A stretch of DNA of 64,000 nucleotides, taken from the NCBI GenBank assembly GCA_040081715.1, contig JBEBFY010000017.1, positions 319 through 64,318 on the forward strand, written 5' to 3'. Made by a program: the position numbers and the translations under genes. Origin of the DNA: Vicinamibacterales bacterium. GTDB taxonomy: Bacteria; Acidobacteriota; Vicinamibacteria; Vicinamibacterales; UBA2999. How positions within the stretch are numbered: the stretch's first letter is position 1; every line of letters begins with the position of its first letter. The notes under the pieces were generated by a model. It was not told the origin of the DNA. It made no database searches and was given only the letters and a program-made list of their open reading frames with translations. Below are positions 19,292-29,522 of this stretch, piece by piece.

Positions 19292-20654
19292 CATCGATCC
19301 CGAGTCGCCCCACCTCCTCCTTGAACGCCCGCCCCCGCTCCGCGTAATCCCCGAACCAGTCGAAGCTCGCGCACGCCGGTGCCAGCAGCACCACGCCATC
19401 CGGCCTGGCGCGCCGGTATCCCAGCGCCACCGCTTCCCGCATCGAGCCGGCGATCTCCACCGGCACCACATCCGCCACGGCGTCTCGCACCAGCCCGGCC
19501 GACTCCCCGATCGCCACGACGGCGCGGGCATGCGCCCGCAGCGGCTCCCGCAACTCCCGCAGGTCGCCGCCCTTGAACCGTCCGCCGATGAGCGCCACCA
19601 CACCATCGAAGGCTTCGATGGAGCGGGCCGCGGATTCGACGTTGGTGGCCTTCGAGTCGTTGATGAATCGGACGCCGCCCACCTGGCCGGCCGGCTCCAT
19701 CACGTGCTCGAGCCCGTGGAAGCCAGCAAGGCCTGCAGCCATGGCCACAGGGGCCGCTCCGGCGACAAACGCCACGGCCGAGGCCGCGAGCACGTTGTGC
19801 AGCATGTGCCGCCCTGGCAGTTCCACCGCCTCGAGCGGCACGAGGGGATCGACGCCGGCAGATGTCCGCCGGACAATCCAGCCGCCATCCACCGTGAACT
19901 GCGCTTCGCCGAGGGGTGCACCAGGTGTGAGTGAAAACGAGATGCGCCGCGCCGCGATGCCGTCGCTGCGGCGCACGACCTCCGGGTCCAGGGCATTGAC
20001 CACCGCCCAGTCCGTGGCGGTCTGGTTGGTGAAGATACGCGCCTTGGCGTCGGCGTAGGCCTCGCGAGACGGATGCCGGTCCAGGTGGTCGTCGGCCAGA
20101 TTGAGCCACACGGAGATCCAGGGTCTGAACCGCACCGTCGACTCGAGCTGGAAGCTGCTGACCTCGACCACGTGCACGACGTCGGGCCTCGACAAGTCGA
20201 CCTGCGCGCTCACGGGCACGCCGATGTTGCCGCCCACCAGGACGTCGCGGCCGGCTGCCTGGAGCATCCGGCCGACGAGCGTGGTCGTTGTGGACTTCCC
20301 CTTCGTACCGGTGATGGCCACCACGGGTCCCTTCAGCCACCGGGATGCCAGCTCCAGCTCGCCGATCACCTCTACGCCGCGCCGCGCCGCCGCGGCCAGC
20401 ACAGGCTGATCCAGCGGCACGCCCGGACTCACCACGACGAGATCGGCGGCGTCGAACGTGGCACTCTCGTGCCCGCCGGTTTCCAGCGCAACGCCGGCTG
20501 CGCGCAGGCGTGCGGCCTCGGGGATCACGGAGCGCTGCTCGGTGAGCGTCACGCGTGCACCCCGCCTGGCCAGCAGCTCTGCCGCCGCCACACCGCTCCT
20601 GGCCGCGCCGACCACCACGACCCGCCGTCCCGCCACATGAAAGTCATCACTCAC
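19287..20654 (-). CDS. murD: UDP-MurNAc-L-Ala--D-glutamate ligase
   Basis: C-terminal part of ORF 19287..22043: VVGAARSG, VSPGVP, ITGTKGKSTTT, EVSSFQLE, DHLDRH, NDSKATN, LLAPACASFDWF. GTG start overlaps the mraY stop. Confidence 0.96.
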   Translation of the reverse strand: MSDDFHVAGRRVVVVGAARSGVAAAELLARRGARVTLTEQRSVIPEAARLRAAGVALETGGHESATFDAADLVVVSPGVPLDQPVLAAAARRGVEVIGELELASRWLKGPVVAITGTKGKSTTTTLVGRMLQAAGRDVLVGGNIGVPVSAQVDLSRPDVVHVVEVSSFQLESTVRFRPWISVWLNLADDHLDRHPSREAYADAKARIFTNQTATDWAVVNALDPEVVRRSDGIAARRISFSLTPGAPLGEAQFTVDGGWIVRRTSAGVDPLVPLEAVELPGRHMLHNVLAASAVAFVAGAAPVAMAAGLAGFHGLEHVMEPAGQVGGVRFINDSKATNVESAARSIEAFDGVVALIGGRFKGGDLRELREPLRAHARAVVAIGESAGLVRDAVADVVPVEIAGSMREAVALGYRRARPDGVVLLAPACASFDWFGDYAERGRAFKEEVGRLGIDA

Positions 20655-21745
20655 CGGAGTTTCAGCGTCGTGAGACTGAAGAGGGCGAAGACCACCGCGA
20701 CGATGAGGAACCGCGTGATGATCTTCGGCTCCTCCCATCCCAGCTGCTCGAAGTGGTGATGGATGGGCGCCATCAGGAAGAGCCGCTTGCCGCCCGAGTA
20801 CTTGAAGTACCCGACCTGCAGCACCACCGACGCAGCTTCGATGACGAAGACGCCCCCGACGATGACGAGCAGGATCTCCTGCTTGATCAGGATCGCGACA
20901 GTGGCCAGCGCGCCGCCAAGCGCGAGCGACCCCACGTCGCCCATGAAGACCTCGGCGGGGTGTGCGTTGTACCAGAGGAATCCGAGACTCGCGCCGACCA
21001 GGGCGCCGCAGAAGACCGTCAGCTCGCCGGCCGGCGGGAAGCGGATAATGAGCAGGTAGTCGGCGAGTTCCCGGTGGCCCGTCACATACGCCAGCGCCGT
21101 GAAGGTCGCGGCCGCGACGCCAAACGTGCTGATTGCCAGACCGTCCAGGCCATCCGTCAGGTTCACGGCGTTGGACCAGGCCACGAGCACGAACATCGCG
21201 AAGGGCACGTACCACCAGCCGAGATCCGGGATCCAGTTCTTGAGGAATGGAAAGATCAGCCGCGTGTTGTAGAGCGGCGGATCCTGCTCCGAGAGCAGCA
21301 GCACGGTCACGCCGACGGCCAGGGCCACGGCGAGCTGGCCGCCCAGCTTGTAGCGGGGAATGAGGCCGTGGTGTGACTTGCGCGTGAGCTTGAGATAGTC
21401 GTCCGCGAAGCCGACGGCGCCGAAGCCCAGCGTGGAGCCCATCGCGATCCACACGTACGGGTTGGCCAGGTCCGTCCACAGGAGCGTGGGCAGCAGCGCA
21501 CAGGAGAGGATCAGGATGCCGCCCATCGTGGGCGTGCCGGCCTTGGCACGGTGCGACTCCGGACCTTCCTGCCGGATGATCTGGCCGATGCGGAAGTCCC
21601 GGAGCGTCCGGATGAGCGGAGGCCCGAAGATCAGGCTGAGCGCCAGGGCCGAGAGACTCGCGGCCGCCGTACGGAACGTGATGTAGCGCACCACGTTGAA
21701 GGGGCCGAACTCGTCGCGCAGCGCGTACAGGAGGTAGTAGAGCAT
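20651..21745 (-). CDS. mraY: Phospho-MurNAc-pentapeptide transferase
   Basis: KAGTPTMGG, GFADDYLK, NAVNLTDGLDGL, FMGDVGS, APIHHHFE. Confidence 0.98.
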   Translation of the reverse strand: MLYYLLYALRDEFGPFNVVRYITFRTAAASLSALALSLIFGPPLIRTLRDFRIGQIIRQEGPESHRAKAGTPTMGGILILSCALLPTLLWTDLANPYVWIAMGSTLGFGAVGFADDYLKLTRKSHHGLIPRYKLGGQLAVALAVGVTVLLLSEQDPPLYNTRLIFPFLKNWIPDLGWWYVPFAMFVLVAWSNAVNLTDGLDGLAISTFGVAAATFTALAYVTGHRELADYLLIIRFPPAGELTVFCGALVGASLGFLWYNAHPAEVFMGDVGSLALGGALATVAILIKQEILLVIVGGVFVIEAASVVLQVGYFKYSGGKRLFLMAPIHHHFEQLGWEEPKIITRFLIVAVVFALFSLTTLKLR

Positions 21746-23139
21746 CAGCCCTGTCCTCCGATGAGCCGCGACACCACGAGGTCCGTCCCAATGCCCCGCG
21801 AACCCTTGACCAGCACCAGATCGCCGGCCTGGAGGTTCCCCTCAAGGAGCACAGCCGCCTCGGCGCTGGACGCCACATGGTCCACGGCCGACGCCGGAAG
21901 CCCCGCTGCCACGGCCGCCGAGGCCATCGCGAGGGCCGGCACGCCGCCAACCGTGACAAGACGGTCAAGGCGGGCCGCGGCAGCCGCGCGTCCGCAGGCT
22001 TCGTGCATCGCCCGCGCCTGGTCGCCAAGCTCGAGCATCTCACCCAGTACCGCGATACGGCGCCGGGCGTGCGCCTCGCCGGCCACCGTCTCGAGTGCGA
22101 GCCGGACCGCGCTCGGGCTGGCGTTGTAGGAGTCGTCGATCACGGTGACGCCGCCCGGGAGCCGGTGGACCACGCCACGGTGGTCCGCCGGCACGATGCC
22201 GGCCACGACGTCAGGCACACGGGCCAGCGGCACACCGAACTCAAGGGCCGTGGCAATCGCGGCGAGGACGTTCATCAGGTTGCCGCGCCCGATAAGCGAC
22301 GTCTCGATCGCCGCCTCGCCGGCTGGGGTCAGGACGCGTGCGCGCGTACCCGACACGCCCCGGTCGTCGATGTCGACCGCCCGCACCGTGGCGGAGGGCG
22401 CGAGTCCGAAGGTCACCGTGCGGCCCGAGAAGCCGGCAGCCCGCGTCATCACGCGGAGATCGTCCGCGTTGCAGACCAGGCATGTGCCGGCGTCCGCACC
22501 TTCGAGAATCTCGGCCTTGGCATCGGCAATGGCGTCCAGCGAGGCGAAGAACCCCAGGTGGGCGTCACCCACGTTCGTCCACACGCGTGCGTCGGGTTCG
22601 GCAATGGCGACCAGCCGGCTGATTTCGCCGGCGTGGTTCATGCCGAGCTCCATCACGGCAACGTCCGGGCTGGTCCGCAACTGCAGCAGCGAGAGCGGCA
22701 GGCCGATGTGGTTGTTCAGGTTGCCGTGGTTCTTCACCACACGGCAGGTCGTGGCGAGGAGTGCGGCCGTCGCGTCCTTGGTCGTCGTCTTGCCGGCGCT
22801 GCCCGTGATGGCCACGACGCGGGCGCCCGACGCGCGGCGCACCGCATGCGCAAGCTCCTGCAGGCCAACGGTTGTGTCCTGCACCTGCACCAGTGCGCCC
22901 CAGCGCTCACCGCCGTAGGTTGCGTCAACCAGCGCGCCGATCGCACCCGCGGCCCGCGCGGTCCCGATGAACCCGTGGCCGTCAAAGCGGGGTCCGCGGA
23001 GCGCCACGAAGAAATCGCCAGCGGAGAGGCGCCGCGTGTCAGTGGAGATCTCCCCCACCGCGATGTCCGCGTCGCCGCAGAGCAACCGCCCTCCGGCAGC
23101 CTCCGCGAGCCATCCTGCCGTCAGCGGCGGCATGCTCAT
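21745..23139 (-). CDS. murF: UDP-MurNAc-tripeptide--D-Ala-D-Ala ligase
   Basis: ITGSAGKTTTK, NLNNHIGLP, ELGMNHAGEI, DDSYNASP, GEMLELG, LVKGSRG. Confidence 0.97.
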   Translation of the reverse strand: MSMPPLTAGWLAEAAGGRLLCGDADIAVGEISTDTRRLSAGDFFVALRGPRFDGHGFIGTARAAGAIGALVDATYGGERWGALVQVQDTTVGLQELAHAVRRASGARVVAITGSAGKTTTKDATAALLATTCRVVKNHGNLNNHIGLPLSLLQLRTSPDVAVMELGMNHAGEISRLVAIAEPDARVWTNVGDAHLGFFASLDAIADAKAEILEGADAGTCLVCNADDLRVMTRAAGFSGRTVTFGLAPSATVRAVDIDDRGVSGTRARVLTPAGEAAIETSLIGRGNLMNVLAAIATALEFGVPLARVPDVVAGIVPADHRGVVHRLPGGVTVIDDSYNASPSAVRLALETVAGEAHARRRIAVLGEMLELGDQARAMHEACGRAAAAARLDRLVTVGGVPALAMASAAVAAGLPASAVDHVASSAEAAVLLEGNLQAGDLVLVKGSRGIGTDLVVSRLIGGQG

Positions 23140-24635
23140 CGCCGGCCTGCCCGCGCGCGCACGCGCCGTGCAGCCAGGGCCTCGCGGGCCACGGCCACAT
23201 CGTCAAAGGGCGTCGTCACGCCACCGTGTTCCTGCGTCTTCTCGTGTCCCTTGCCGGCCACCAGCACAAGGTCGCCGGGTCCGGCGCTCGAAACTGCGTC
23301 GTGAATCGCGTCGCGGCGGTCGAGCACGGTGCGCACCTCCCCACCGCGTGAGGACTCCTGTGTACCCAGGAGGATCTCCTCGACGATGCGCGCGGCATCC
23401 TCGCTGCGGGGGTTGTCGGAGGTCACGATGGTCAGGTCGCTCAGCCGGCTCGCCACCAGCCCCATGAGCGGACGCTTCGACCTGTCTCGATCACCCCCAC
23501 AGCCGAACACCGTGATGACCCGCCCGGATGCCAGACTCCTGGCGGTTTCGAGCAGCCGCCGGAGGGCATCGTCCGTGTGGGCGTAGTCCACGACCACGGC
23601 CACGTCGTCCTCCGGGCTCGATGCCAGCTCGAACCGGCCTGGCACGCCATCGAGGGCTTCGATGCCCTGCTCGATCGCCTCGATCGGAAGGCCGAGTTCC
23701 ACGGCCATGCCGATGGCAGCCAGGAGGTTGTAGACGTTTGTGTGGCCGACCAGCCGTGACCGCACGCGTACGACGCCACGCGGCGTGTGGGCGTCGAAGA
23801 TCAACCCGGACAGGGACTCCTCCACCAGGCCCGGGTGCACGTCGGCTGTCGCGTCCACGGCGTAGGTGACCGTGCGGCCGCCCACACCCACGAGGCTCAC
23901 CCCTCTCGGGTCGTCAACATTGAGCAGCGCGGGCACGCCGGGATCGAGGCCGGCGAACAGCCTCCGCTTGGCGTCGAAGTAGGCTTCCATGCTGCCGTGG
24001 AAGTCGAGGTGATCCCGCGTCAGGTTCGTGAACCCGGCGGCGGCGAACGTGACCCCGGTCACGCGCTTCAGTGCCAGCGCGTGCGACGAGACCTCCATGA
24101 CGCACGCGCGGGACCCGGCGTCGACCATCCGCCGCAGCAGTGCCTGCAGGTCCGGCGCCTCGGGCGTGGTCCGCGTGGCCGGCTCGTCCTGGCCGTTAAT
24201 GCGACAGGTCACTGTGCCCAGCAATCCGCAGGGCACGCCGGCGGCCTCGAATATGGCGGCGAGCACGTGGCTGGTCGTCGTCTTGCCGTTGGTCCCTGTG
24301 ATGCCGACCACGGTGAGCCGGCCGCTGGGGTGATCGAAGAACCGGTCGGCTGAGAGCGCCAGCGCTTCGCGCGCGTCCTCCACTACGCGCCACGGCACGG
24401 TCACCCCATCCGGGGCGGGCGTCTCGGCCACCACGCCCACGGCGCCGGCCAGGATCGCCTCGGGGGCAAACCGCGCGCCGTCGTCCTTCAAACCGCGCAA
24501 TGCCACGAACAGGTGCCCTGGCTGCACGCGCCGCGAGTCGTACGCGATGCCGGTCACGACTGTCTGCAGGCTCGCCACGTCGGCCGGACGCCGGATGGTG
24601 GAGGGAAGCGCCTGCAGGATCTCGCCGAGCGTCAT
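23136..24635 (-). CDS. murE: UDP-MurNAc-dipeptide--meso-DAP ligase
   Basis: TGTNGKTTT, TTPE, MEVSSH, DHLDFH, DYAHT, FGCGGDRD, DNPR (DAP-specific motif), AGKGHE. Confidence 0.97.
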   Translation of the reverse strand: MTLGEILQALPSTIRRPADVASLQTVVTGIAYDSRRVQPGHLFVALRGLKDDGARFAPEAILAGAVGVVAETPAPDGVTVPWRVVEDAREALALSADRFFDHPSGRLTVVGITGTNGKTTTSHVLAAIFEAAGVPCGLLGTVTCRINGQDEPATRTTPEAPDLQALLRRMVDAGSRACVMEVSSHALALKRVTGVTFAAAGFTNLTRDHLDFHGSMEAYFDAKRRLFAGLDPGVPALLNVDDPRGVSLVGVGGRTVTYAVDATADVHPGLVEESLSGLIFDAHTPRGVVRVRSRLVGHTNVYNLLAAIGMAVELGLPIEAIEQGIEALDGVPGRFELASSPEDDVAVVVDYAHTDDALRRLLETARSLASGRVITVFGCGGDRDRSKRPLMGLVASRLSDLTIVTSDNPRSEDAARIVEEILLGTQESSRGGEVRTVLDRRDAIHDAVSSAGPGDLVLVAGKGHEKTQEHGGVTTPFDDVAVAREALAARRVRARAGRR

Positions 24636-26641
24636 GGACGAGGCCCCAGCGCGTCGAGCGACGGGAGACGTTCCATCCAGAGGGTCGAGCGCGAGCCACG
24701 TTCGGCCGGCTCACCGGGTTCGGGCGCCTGCCGCACCACCATGCCAGTGCCGTGCAGGCGCACACTCAGTCCCGCACGCGCGAGCATCTGCACGGCCTCG
24801 CGGCCGCTGACGCCCCGCAGGTCCGGCACGACCGACGCGCCACTCGTCCCAGGGTGGCTGATCGAGACGATGGCCTGGATTGCGGGCGGTCCGGACGGAC
24901 GGCCGCCTCCGGTCACGAGAATCGGTGGCGCTGCATCCACTGACGGCGGCACACCCACGTGGCGCAGCGCCGCGTCGGCGATGCGGCTGAAGATCGGTGC
25001 GGCCACGGTGCCGCCGTAGGGCGGCACGCCGTGGGGCGAGTCGACCACCACCACGATGGTGAACGCGGGTTGCCGAACCGGCACGAAGCCCACGAACGAC
25101 ACGTTGAACTCCGTGTTCGAGTAGCGGCCGTTGATAACCTTCTGCGCCGTGCCCGTCTTGCCCGCCACCGCGTAGCCCGCCACCCTGGATTTGGAGCCGG
25201 TGCCGCGCTCGACGACGGCCGCCATCATGGCGGCCACGTCCGCCGCCGTCTCCCGGTTGATCACGCGCCGCAGCATCCGGCGGGGCACAGGAATGCGCCG
25301 GCCGTCGCGGATGACCGCGCGCACCACGCGCGGCTCCATCAACTCGCCGCCGTTAGCCACCACGCTCACCGCCGCGGCCATCTGGAGGGGCGTAACGCCA
25401 ACCTGGTATCCCATCGAGACCGACGCGAGGGCGCTGTCGGTCAGCTTATCGGCCGCCCAGACGATGCCGCGGCTTTCCGCTTTGAAGTCCGGCGAGGACG
25501 GACGGCCGAAGCCGAACAGCCGCACGTACTCGCTCATGCGTTCGGCGCCGACCCTGAGTCCTATCTTGATCGCGCCGACGTTGCTGGACTTGACGATGAC
25601 GTCGGTGAATGACAGCAGCCCGTAGTTGTGGCCCTTGTCCTCATCGATCACGCGCGAGCCAAAGCGGATGTGGCCCGGCCCTGTTTCGATCGCCGAGTCC
25701 GGCGTCAGGATCTTGTCTTCGAGGGCCGCACCGGCCGTGACGATCTTGAAGGTCGAGCCGGGCTCGTACAGGTCCTGGATGGCGCGGTTGCGGCGGTCGT
25801 TGTCGCCGAACTCCCTGAACGTGTTCGGGTTGAACGTCGGGTAGTTGGCCAGCGCGAGAATCTCGCCGGTGGCCGGGTCCATCACCACCGCCGAACCGCC
25901 GGCCGCGCCTGCCCATTCGACGCCGGCCTTCAGTTCGCGCTCGGCCACGTACTGGAGGTACTCGTCGACCGTCAGCTCCAGCGAGGCCCCGGCGGTGGGA
26001 GGGCGCTCCACGCGACTGAAGGCCTTGCGGTGGGCATCGGTCTGCACCAGCACGGCGCCGGCGCGGCCCTTCACGAGCGCGTCGTAGGTGGACTCGAGCC
26101 CGGCAAGCCCGTCGCTCTCCTGCCCGACGTACCCGAGGAGGTGCGCGGCCAGTTCGCGCTTCGGATAAAAGCGGCGACTCTCGCGCATGAAGCCGATGCC
26201 TTCAAGCTGGAGGTCCGCGACACGGGAGGCCTGGGCCGGCGTGATCTGTCGCCGGATGTAGACAAACGGCCGCTTGCGGACGAGCCGCGTCCGGACCTCG
26301 TTCTGCTCGGCCTTCGAGCAATCGCGCAGGGCGTCACAGAGGGCCGCACCGGTTGCCGACGGATCATCGACCTCGCTCGGCACGGCGTAGAGCGAATCCA
26401 CGTCGGCGCTGGCGGCCAGCACGCGGCCGTTCCGGTCGAGGATGTCGCCGCGCTTGGCGGGCGCCGGCACGGTACGGAGCTGCTGCCGCTCGGCGCGCGC
26501 CTCCAGTTCGTCGTGCTGAAACACCTGCAGGTACACGAGCCGGGCTTCGATCCCGATCGCCCAGAGCAGGAACGTCACCGCCGTCACGAGCACGCGGCGC
26601 TTCAGCGTCGGACGCCAGCGGTGGTTGGAGGCTTCGGCCAC
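24632..26641 (-). CDS. ftsI: Division transpeptidase FtsI/PBP3 with C-terminal PASTA domain
   Basis: RGDILDRNG, YEPGSTFK (SxxK), SSN, KTGTAQK; tail VVPDLRG..VVRQAPEPG is PASTA-like. Confidence 0.95.
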   Translation of the reverse strand: MAEASNHRWRPTLKRRVLVTAVTFLLWAIGIEARLVYLQVFQHDELEARAERQQLRTVPAPAKRGDILDRNGRVLAASADVDSLYAVPSEVDDPSATGAALCDALRDCSKAEQNEVRTRLVRKRPFVYIRRQITPAQASRVADLQLEGIGFMRESRRFYPKRELAAHLLGYVGQESDGLAGLESTYDALVKGRAGAVLVQTDAHRKAFSRVERPPTAGASLELTVDEYLQYVAERELKAGVEWAGAAGGSAVVMDPATGEILALANYPTFNPNTFREFGDNDRRNRAIQDLYEPGSTFKIVTAGAALEDKILTPDSAIETGPGHIRFGSRVIDEDKGHNYGLLSFTDVIVKSSNVGAIKIGLRVGAERMSEYVRLFGFGRPSSPDFKAESRGIVWAADKLTDSALASVSMGYQVGVTPLQMAAAVSVVANGGELMEPRVVRAVIRDGRRIPVPRRMLRRVINRETAADVAAMMAAVVERGTGSKSRVAGYAVAGKTGTAQKVINGRYSNTEFNVSFVGFVPVRQPAFTIVVVVDSPHGVPPYGGTVAAPIFSRIADAALRHVGVPPSVDAAPPILVTGGGRPSGPPAIQAIVSISHPGTSGASVVPDLRGVSGREAVQMLARAGLSVRLHGTGMVVRQAPEPGEPAERGSRSTLWMERLPSLDALGPRP

Positions 26642-26653
26642 GGGACGCCTTGT

Positions 26654-27046
26654 CTACCTGAGAGCGACGACGGACTTCGGCGGCTGAGGTGCCGATTCCA
26701 CCCGCTCCACGACGGCGGCGTCCTGGGGACCGGGGGCGACCATGTGGAGCCGCTCGGTGGCCAGCCGCTCGATGCGCGCCGGCGACCGCAGGGTCTCGAT
26801 CTCCAGCCGCAGGTGGCGATTGATTTCGTCCTGCTCGAGCCGCTCCCGCTGCATGGCCTCGATGCGATAGCCATGGCGGATCAGTTCGAAGTGCTGCCAC
26901 GCCGAGAACAGCAGCGCTACCACCACGACCACGCCGACGACGGTCGCCCTCCACATCTCGCGGTGGCGCTTGCGATCGACCTCGCGGACGATGGGGTTGT
27001 TCCGGACGTCCTTCTTGATGACGAACTCGAACGTGCCACCAGTCAT
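26654..27046 (-). CDS. ftsL: Cell division protein FtsL
   Basis: Short cytoplasmic region, one TM, coiled coil LRLEIETLRSPARIERLA; canonical position between rsmH and ftsI. Confidence 0.9.
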   Translation of the reverse strand: MTGGTFEFVIKKDVRNNPIVREVDRKRHREMWRATVVGVVVVVALLFSAWQHFELIRHGYRIEAMQRERLEQDEINRHLRLEIETLRSPARIERLATERLHMVAPGPQDAAVVERVESAPQPPKSVVALR

Positions 27047-27951
27047 TGGCGTGACCCCACCCTCTCAGCGGCGCGCAGCTTGGCGCTCCGCGCCCGCGGG
27101 TTCCGTTGCACTTCCTCGTCGGCGGCCAGCACCGGACGCTTCGTGAGCACCCGGACGCCTGCCGCGTCGTCGGCGGCGGCAGCCCGCAGCGTGTGCTTCA
27201 CCACGCGGTCCTCAAGCGAGTGAAACGAGATCACGACGAGACGCCCTCCGGCCGCCAGCCGGCCCAGGAACATCCGCAGCGCCTGGTCAAGGCCATCCAG
27301 TTCCTCGTTGACCCAGATCCGGAGGCCCTGAAACGTCCGCGTCGCGGGGTCGATGCGCTGGTAGCCGCGATGCGGGACGGCCCGGCGCACGATCTCGGCC
27401 AGCCGCCCCGTCGTCTCGATGGGCGCCCGGTCGCGTTCCGCCACGATGGCGCGGGCCACGCGCCGGGAGTGCCGCTCCTCGCCGAACTGGTAGATCGCGT
27501 CGGCGAGGGTTTCTTCATCCGTTGTCCGGATCAGGTCCGCCGCGGACGGTCCGGCCGACTGGTCCATGCGCATGTCCAGCGGTTCGTCGCGGCGGAAGCT
27601 GAAACCGCGGCCGGGCGCGTCGAACTGCATCGAGGACACGCCGAGGTCCAGGAGCGCGCCGTCAATCATGCCGATACCCCGGGCGTCGAGCGCGGCGGCG
27701 GCGTGGCGATAGTCGGCATGCACCAGCTCGGCGCGGCCCGTCCACGGCGTGAGCGTCGTCGCCGCCAGGGCGAGAGCCGACTGATCGCGGTCGAAGCCGA
27801 TCACGCGCGTGGCGCCTCCGGCCAGCAGCGCCGCGGCATGGCCGCCGAGGCCCACGGTGCCATCGACAAACAGCCCGCCACGCTGCGGCTCGAGCCACTC
27901 GAGCACTTCAGCAACCATGACGGGCTGATGCACCGGCCTCTGTTCATCCAC
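27043..27951 (-). CDS. rsmH: 16S rRNA m4C1402 methyltransferase RsmH (MraW)
   Basis: HQPVM, DGTVGLGGH, DLGVSSMQ, PLDMRMD, ISFHSLEDR, NPRARSAKLR. Start uncertain: GTG 27951 chosen, ORF extends to 28023. Confidence 0.96.
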   Translation of the reverse strand: MDEQRPVHQPVMVAEVLEWLEPQRGGLFVDGTVGLGGHAAALLAGGATRVIGFDRDQSALALAATTLTPWTGRAELVHADYRHAAAALDARGIGMIDGALLDLGVSSMQFDAPGRGFSFRRDEPLDMRMDQSAGPSAADLIRTTDEETLADAIYQFGEERHSRRVARAIVAERDRAPIETTGRLAEIVRRAVPHRGYQRIDPATRTFQGLRIWVNEELDGLDQALRMFLGRLAAGGRLVVISFHSLEDRVVKHTLRAAAADDAAGVRVLTKRPVLAADEEVQRNPRARSAKLRAAERVGSRQ

Positions 27952-28040
27952 GAACCCCGAACCCCTGGCCTGCGGTGCGACGGGGGCGAACCCTCGTCGG
28001 TCATGGCGCCGGCCGGGCGCCATGACGTGTGTGGTTGTAA

Positions 28041-28529
28041 CTAACGTGAACCGCCCGGGGAGCCGGGCGTCGACAACCGCTTCGTATAGTCAGACAACCG
28101 CTCGCCGTCCTCACGGGTCCAGCGATTGCCCTTGTTGCGCGCTTCGACGCGGGTGGTGTTCCAGACTTCCAGGTGCGTGATGCGCCCGTAGACGCGCACG
28201 TCGCCCGCGATATCCGCTTCCTGACGCACGAGCGCCGGAATCAGCACGCGGCCCTGGGAATCCAGCTCACCTTCCTGACCGAAGTAGTTCACCAGCTCCA
28301 GAAACTTGAGCCGCTCCGGCAACTGCTCGGGGAGGTCGAGCAGCCGCTGTTCAAGGGAGACCCATTCGGTCAGTGGATAGATGAGGACGCACTCGCCGGT
28401 GAGGCTGGTGACGAACACATCCGCCCCATGCCGGTCCTGGATGACGCTCCGGAAGATCGAGGGGATCTTGAGACGGCCCTTGTCGTCGATCCGGGTCGTT
28501 GCGCTGCCTCGCAGGCCCTTTAGCTCCAC
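28041..28529 (-). CDS. mraZ: Transcriptional regulator MraZ
   Basis: IDDKGRLKIP and LDSQGRVLIP twin AbrB-like motifs, HLEVWN; first gene of the dcw cluster. Confidence 0.95.
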   Translation of the reverse strand: MELKGLRGSATTRIDDKGRLKIPSIFRSVIQDRHGADVFVTSLTGECVLIYPLTEWVSLEQRLLDLPEQLPERLKFLELVNYFGQEGELDSQGRVLIPALVRQEADIAGDVRVYGRITHLEVWNTTRVEARNKGNRWTREDGERLSDYTKRLSTPGSPGGSR

Positions 28530-28583
28530 TGAAATCCAAAATGCTCCACCCGGAGTCTAAGAGAACCCCTTTCGTGAAGTCAA
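28524..28583 (-). promoter_or_regulatory. dcw (Pmra) promoter with three MraZ-box-like repeats
   Basis: Minus strand: TTGACT (28583-28578), 18 nt, TAGACT (28559-28554), then GTGGAG/TTGGAT/GTGGAG at exact 10-bp spacing (28549, 28539, 28529). Confidence 0.75.
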
Positions 28584-28715
28584 CGGCCAAATGACAGACA
28601 GGAAAGCGGTTGCGCCGATCTACTTCGACTGATTTTCGCCCATCCTGCCTGAGCCCTGAACGACCGACCGCACTTTGCCGTATTCCGGTGACCGCGATAG
28701 AGTCAGTGGCTCGCA

Positions 28716-29522
28716 ATGACTGCCACGCATGCGGGCGGCACGCCGGGTCTTTCCATCTTCTTTCCCGCGTTCAATGACGCGGGCACGATCGCCAGCCTGG
28801 TGATCCGCGCCGTGTCCGTCGCCTCGCGCCTGACAAACGATTTTGAAGTCATCGTCATCAACGACGGCAGCGCCGACGCCACCGGCGCCATCGCGGATGA
28901 ACTGGCGCACACCTATCCACAGGTGCGCGTGGTGCACCATTCCAGGAACCGCGGTTACGGCGGAGCGCTCAGGTCCGGCTTTGCCGCGGCCACGAAGGAA
29001 TGGATCGCCTACACGGACGGCGACGCGCAGTACGACCCGGCCGAGTTCGAGGCGCTCTGGGAGCGGAAGGGTCCGGACGTGGACCTGGTCAACGGCTACA
29101 AGATCGAGCGGTCCGACCCGTGGTACCGCGTGATCATCGGGACCGCCTACCACCGCACCGTGACGTTCCTGTTCAGGCTGCAGGTCCGCGACGTGGACTG
29201 TGACTTCCGCCTGATGCGGCGGTCGATCTTCGACCGCGTGCACTTGGAGAAGAGCACCGGCGTCATCTGCCTCGAGATGATGCGCAAGATCCAGGCAGCC
29301 GGCTTCCGGATCGTCGAGGTGCCGGTGCACCACTACCACCGGACCTATGGCCGGTCGCAGTTCTTCAACCTCCGGCGCGTGTTCTGGACGGGCGTCGACG
29401 TCCTGAAGCTCTGGGTCCAGCTCGTGGTGTTCCGGCGAACCGCCTCGGGTAGCGCAACGGCTCGCCCGGCGGCGGCCGCACCGGCTGTCACGCCATCAAG
29501 CGGATCGCGACCCCTGCCGTGA
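28716..29522 (+). CDS. GT2 glycosyltransferase (polyprenol-phosphate glycosyltransferase, DPM1/ArnC-like)
   Basis: PAFND, NDGSAD, NRGYGGAL, TDGDAQYDP, DVDCDFRL, IVEVPV. Confidence 0.88.
   Translation: MTATHAGGTPGLSIFFPAFNDAGTIASLVIRAVSVASRLTNDFEVIVINDGSADATGAIADELAHTYPQVRVVHHSRNRGYGGALRSGFAAATKEWIAYTDGDAQYDPAEFEALWERKGPDVDLVNGYKIERSDPWYRVIIGTAYHRTVTFLFRLQVRDVDCDFRLMRRSIFDRVHLEKSTGVICLEMMRKIQAAGFRIVEVPVHHYHRTYGRSQFFNLRRVFWTGVDVLKLWVQLVVFRRTASGSATARPAAAAPAVTPSSGSRPLP

Noticed and set aside
19287-22043. 918-aa ORF suggesting a large MurD fusion
   Set aside because: The N-terminal half is an off-frame read of murF/mraY; MurD starts at GTG 20654.
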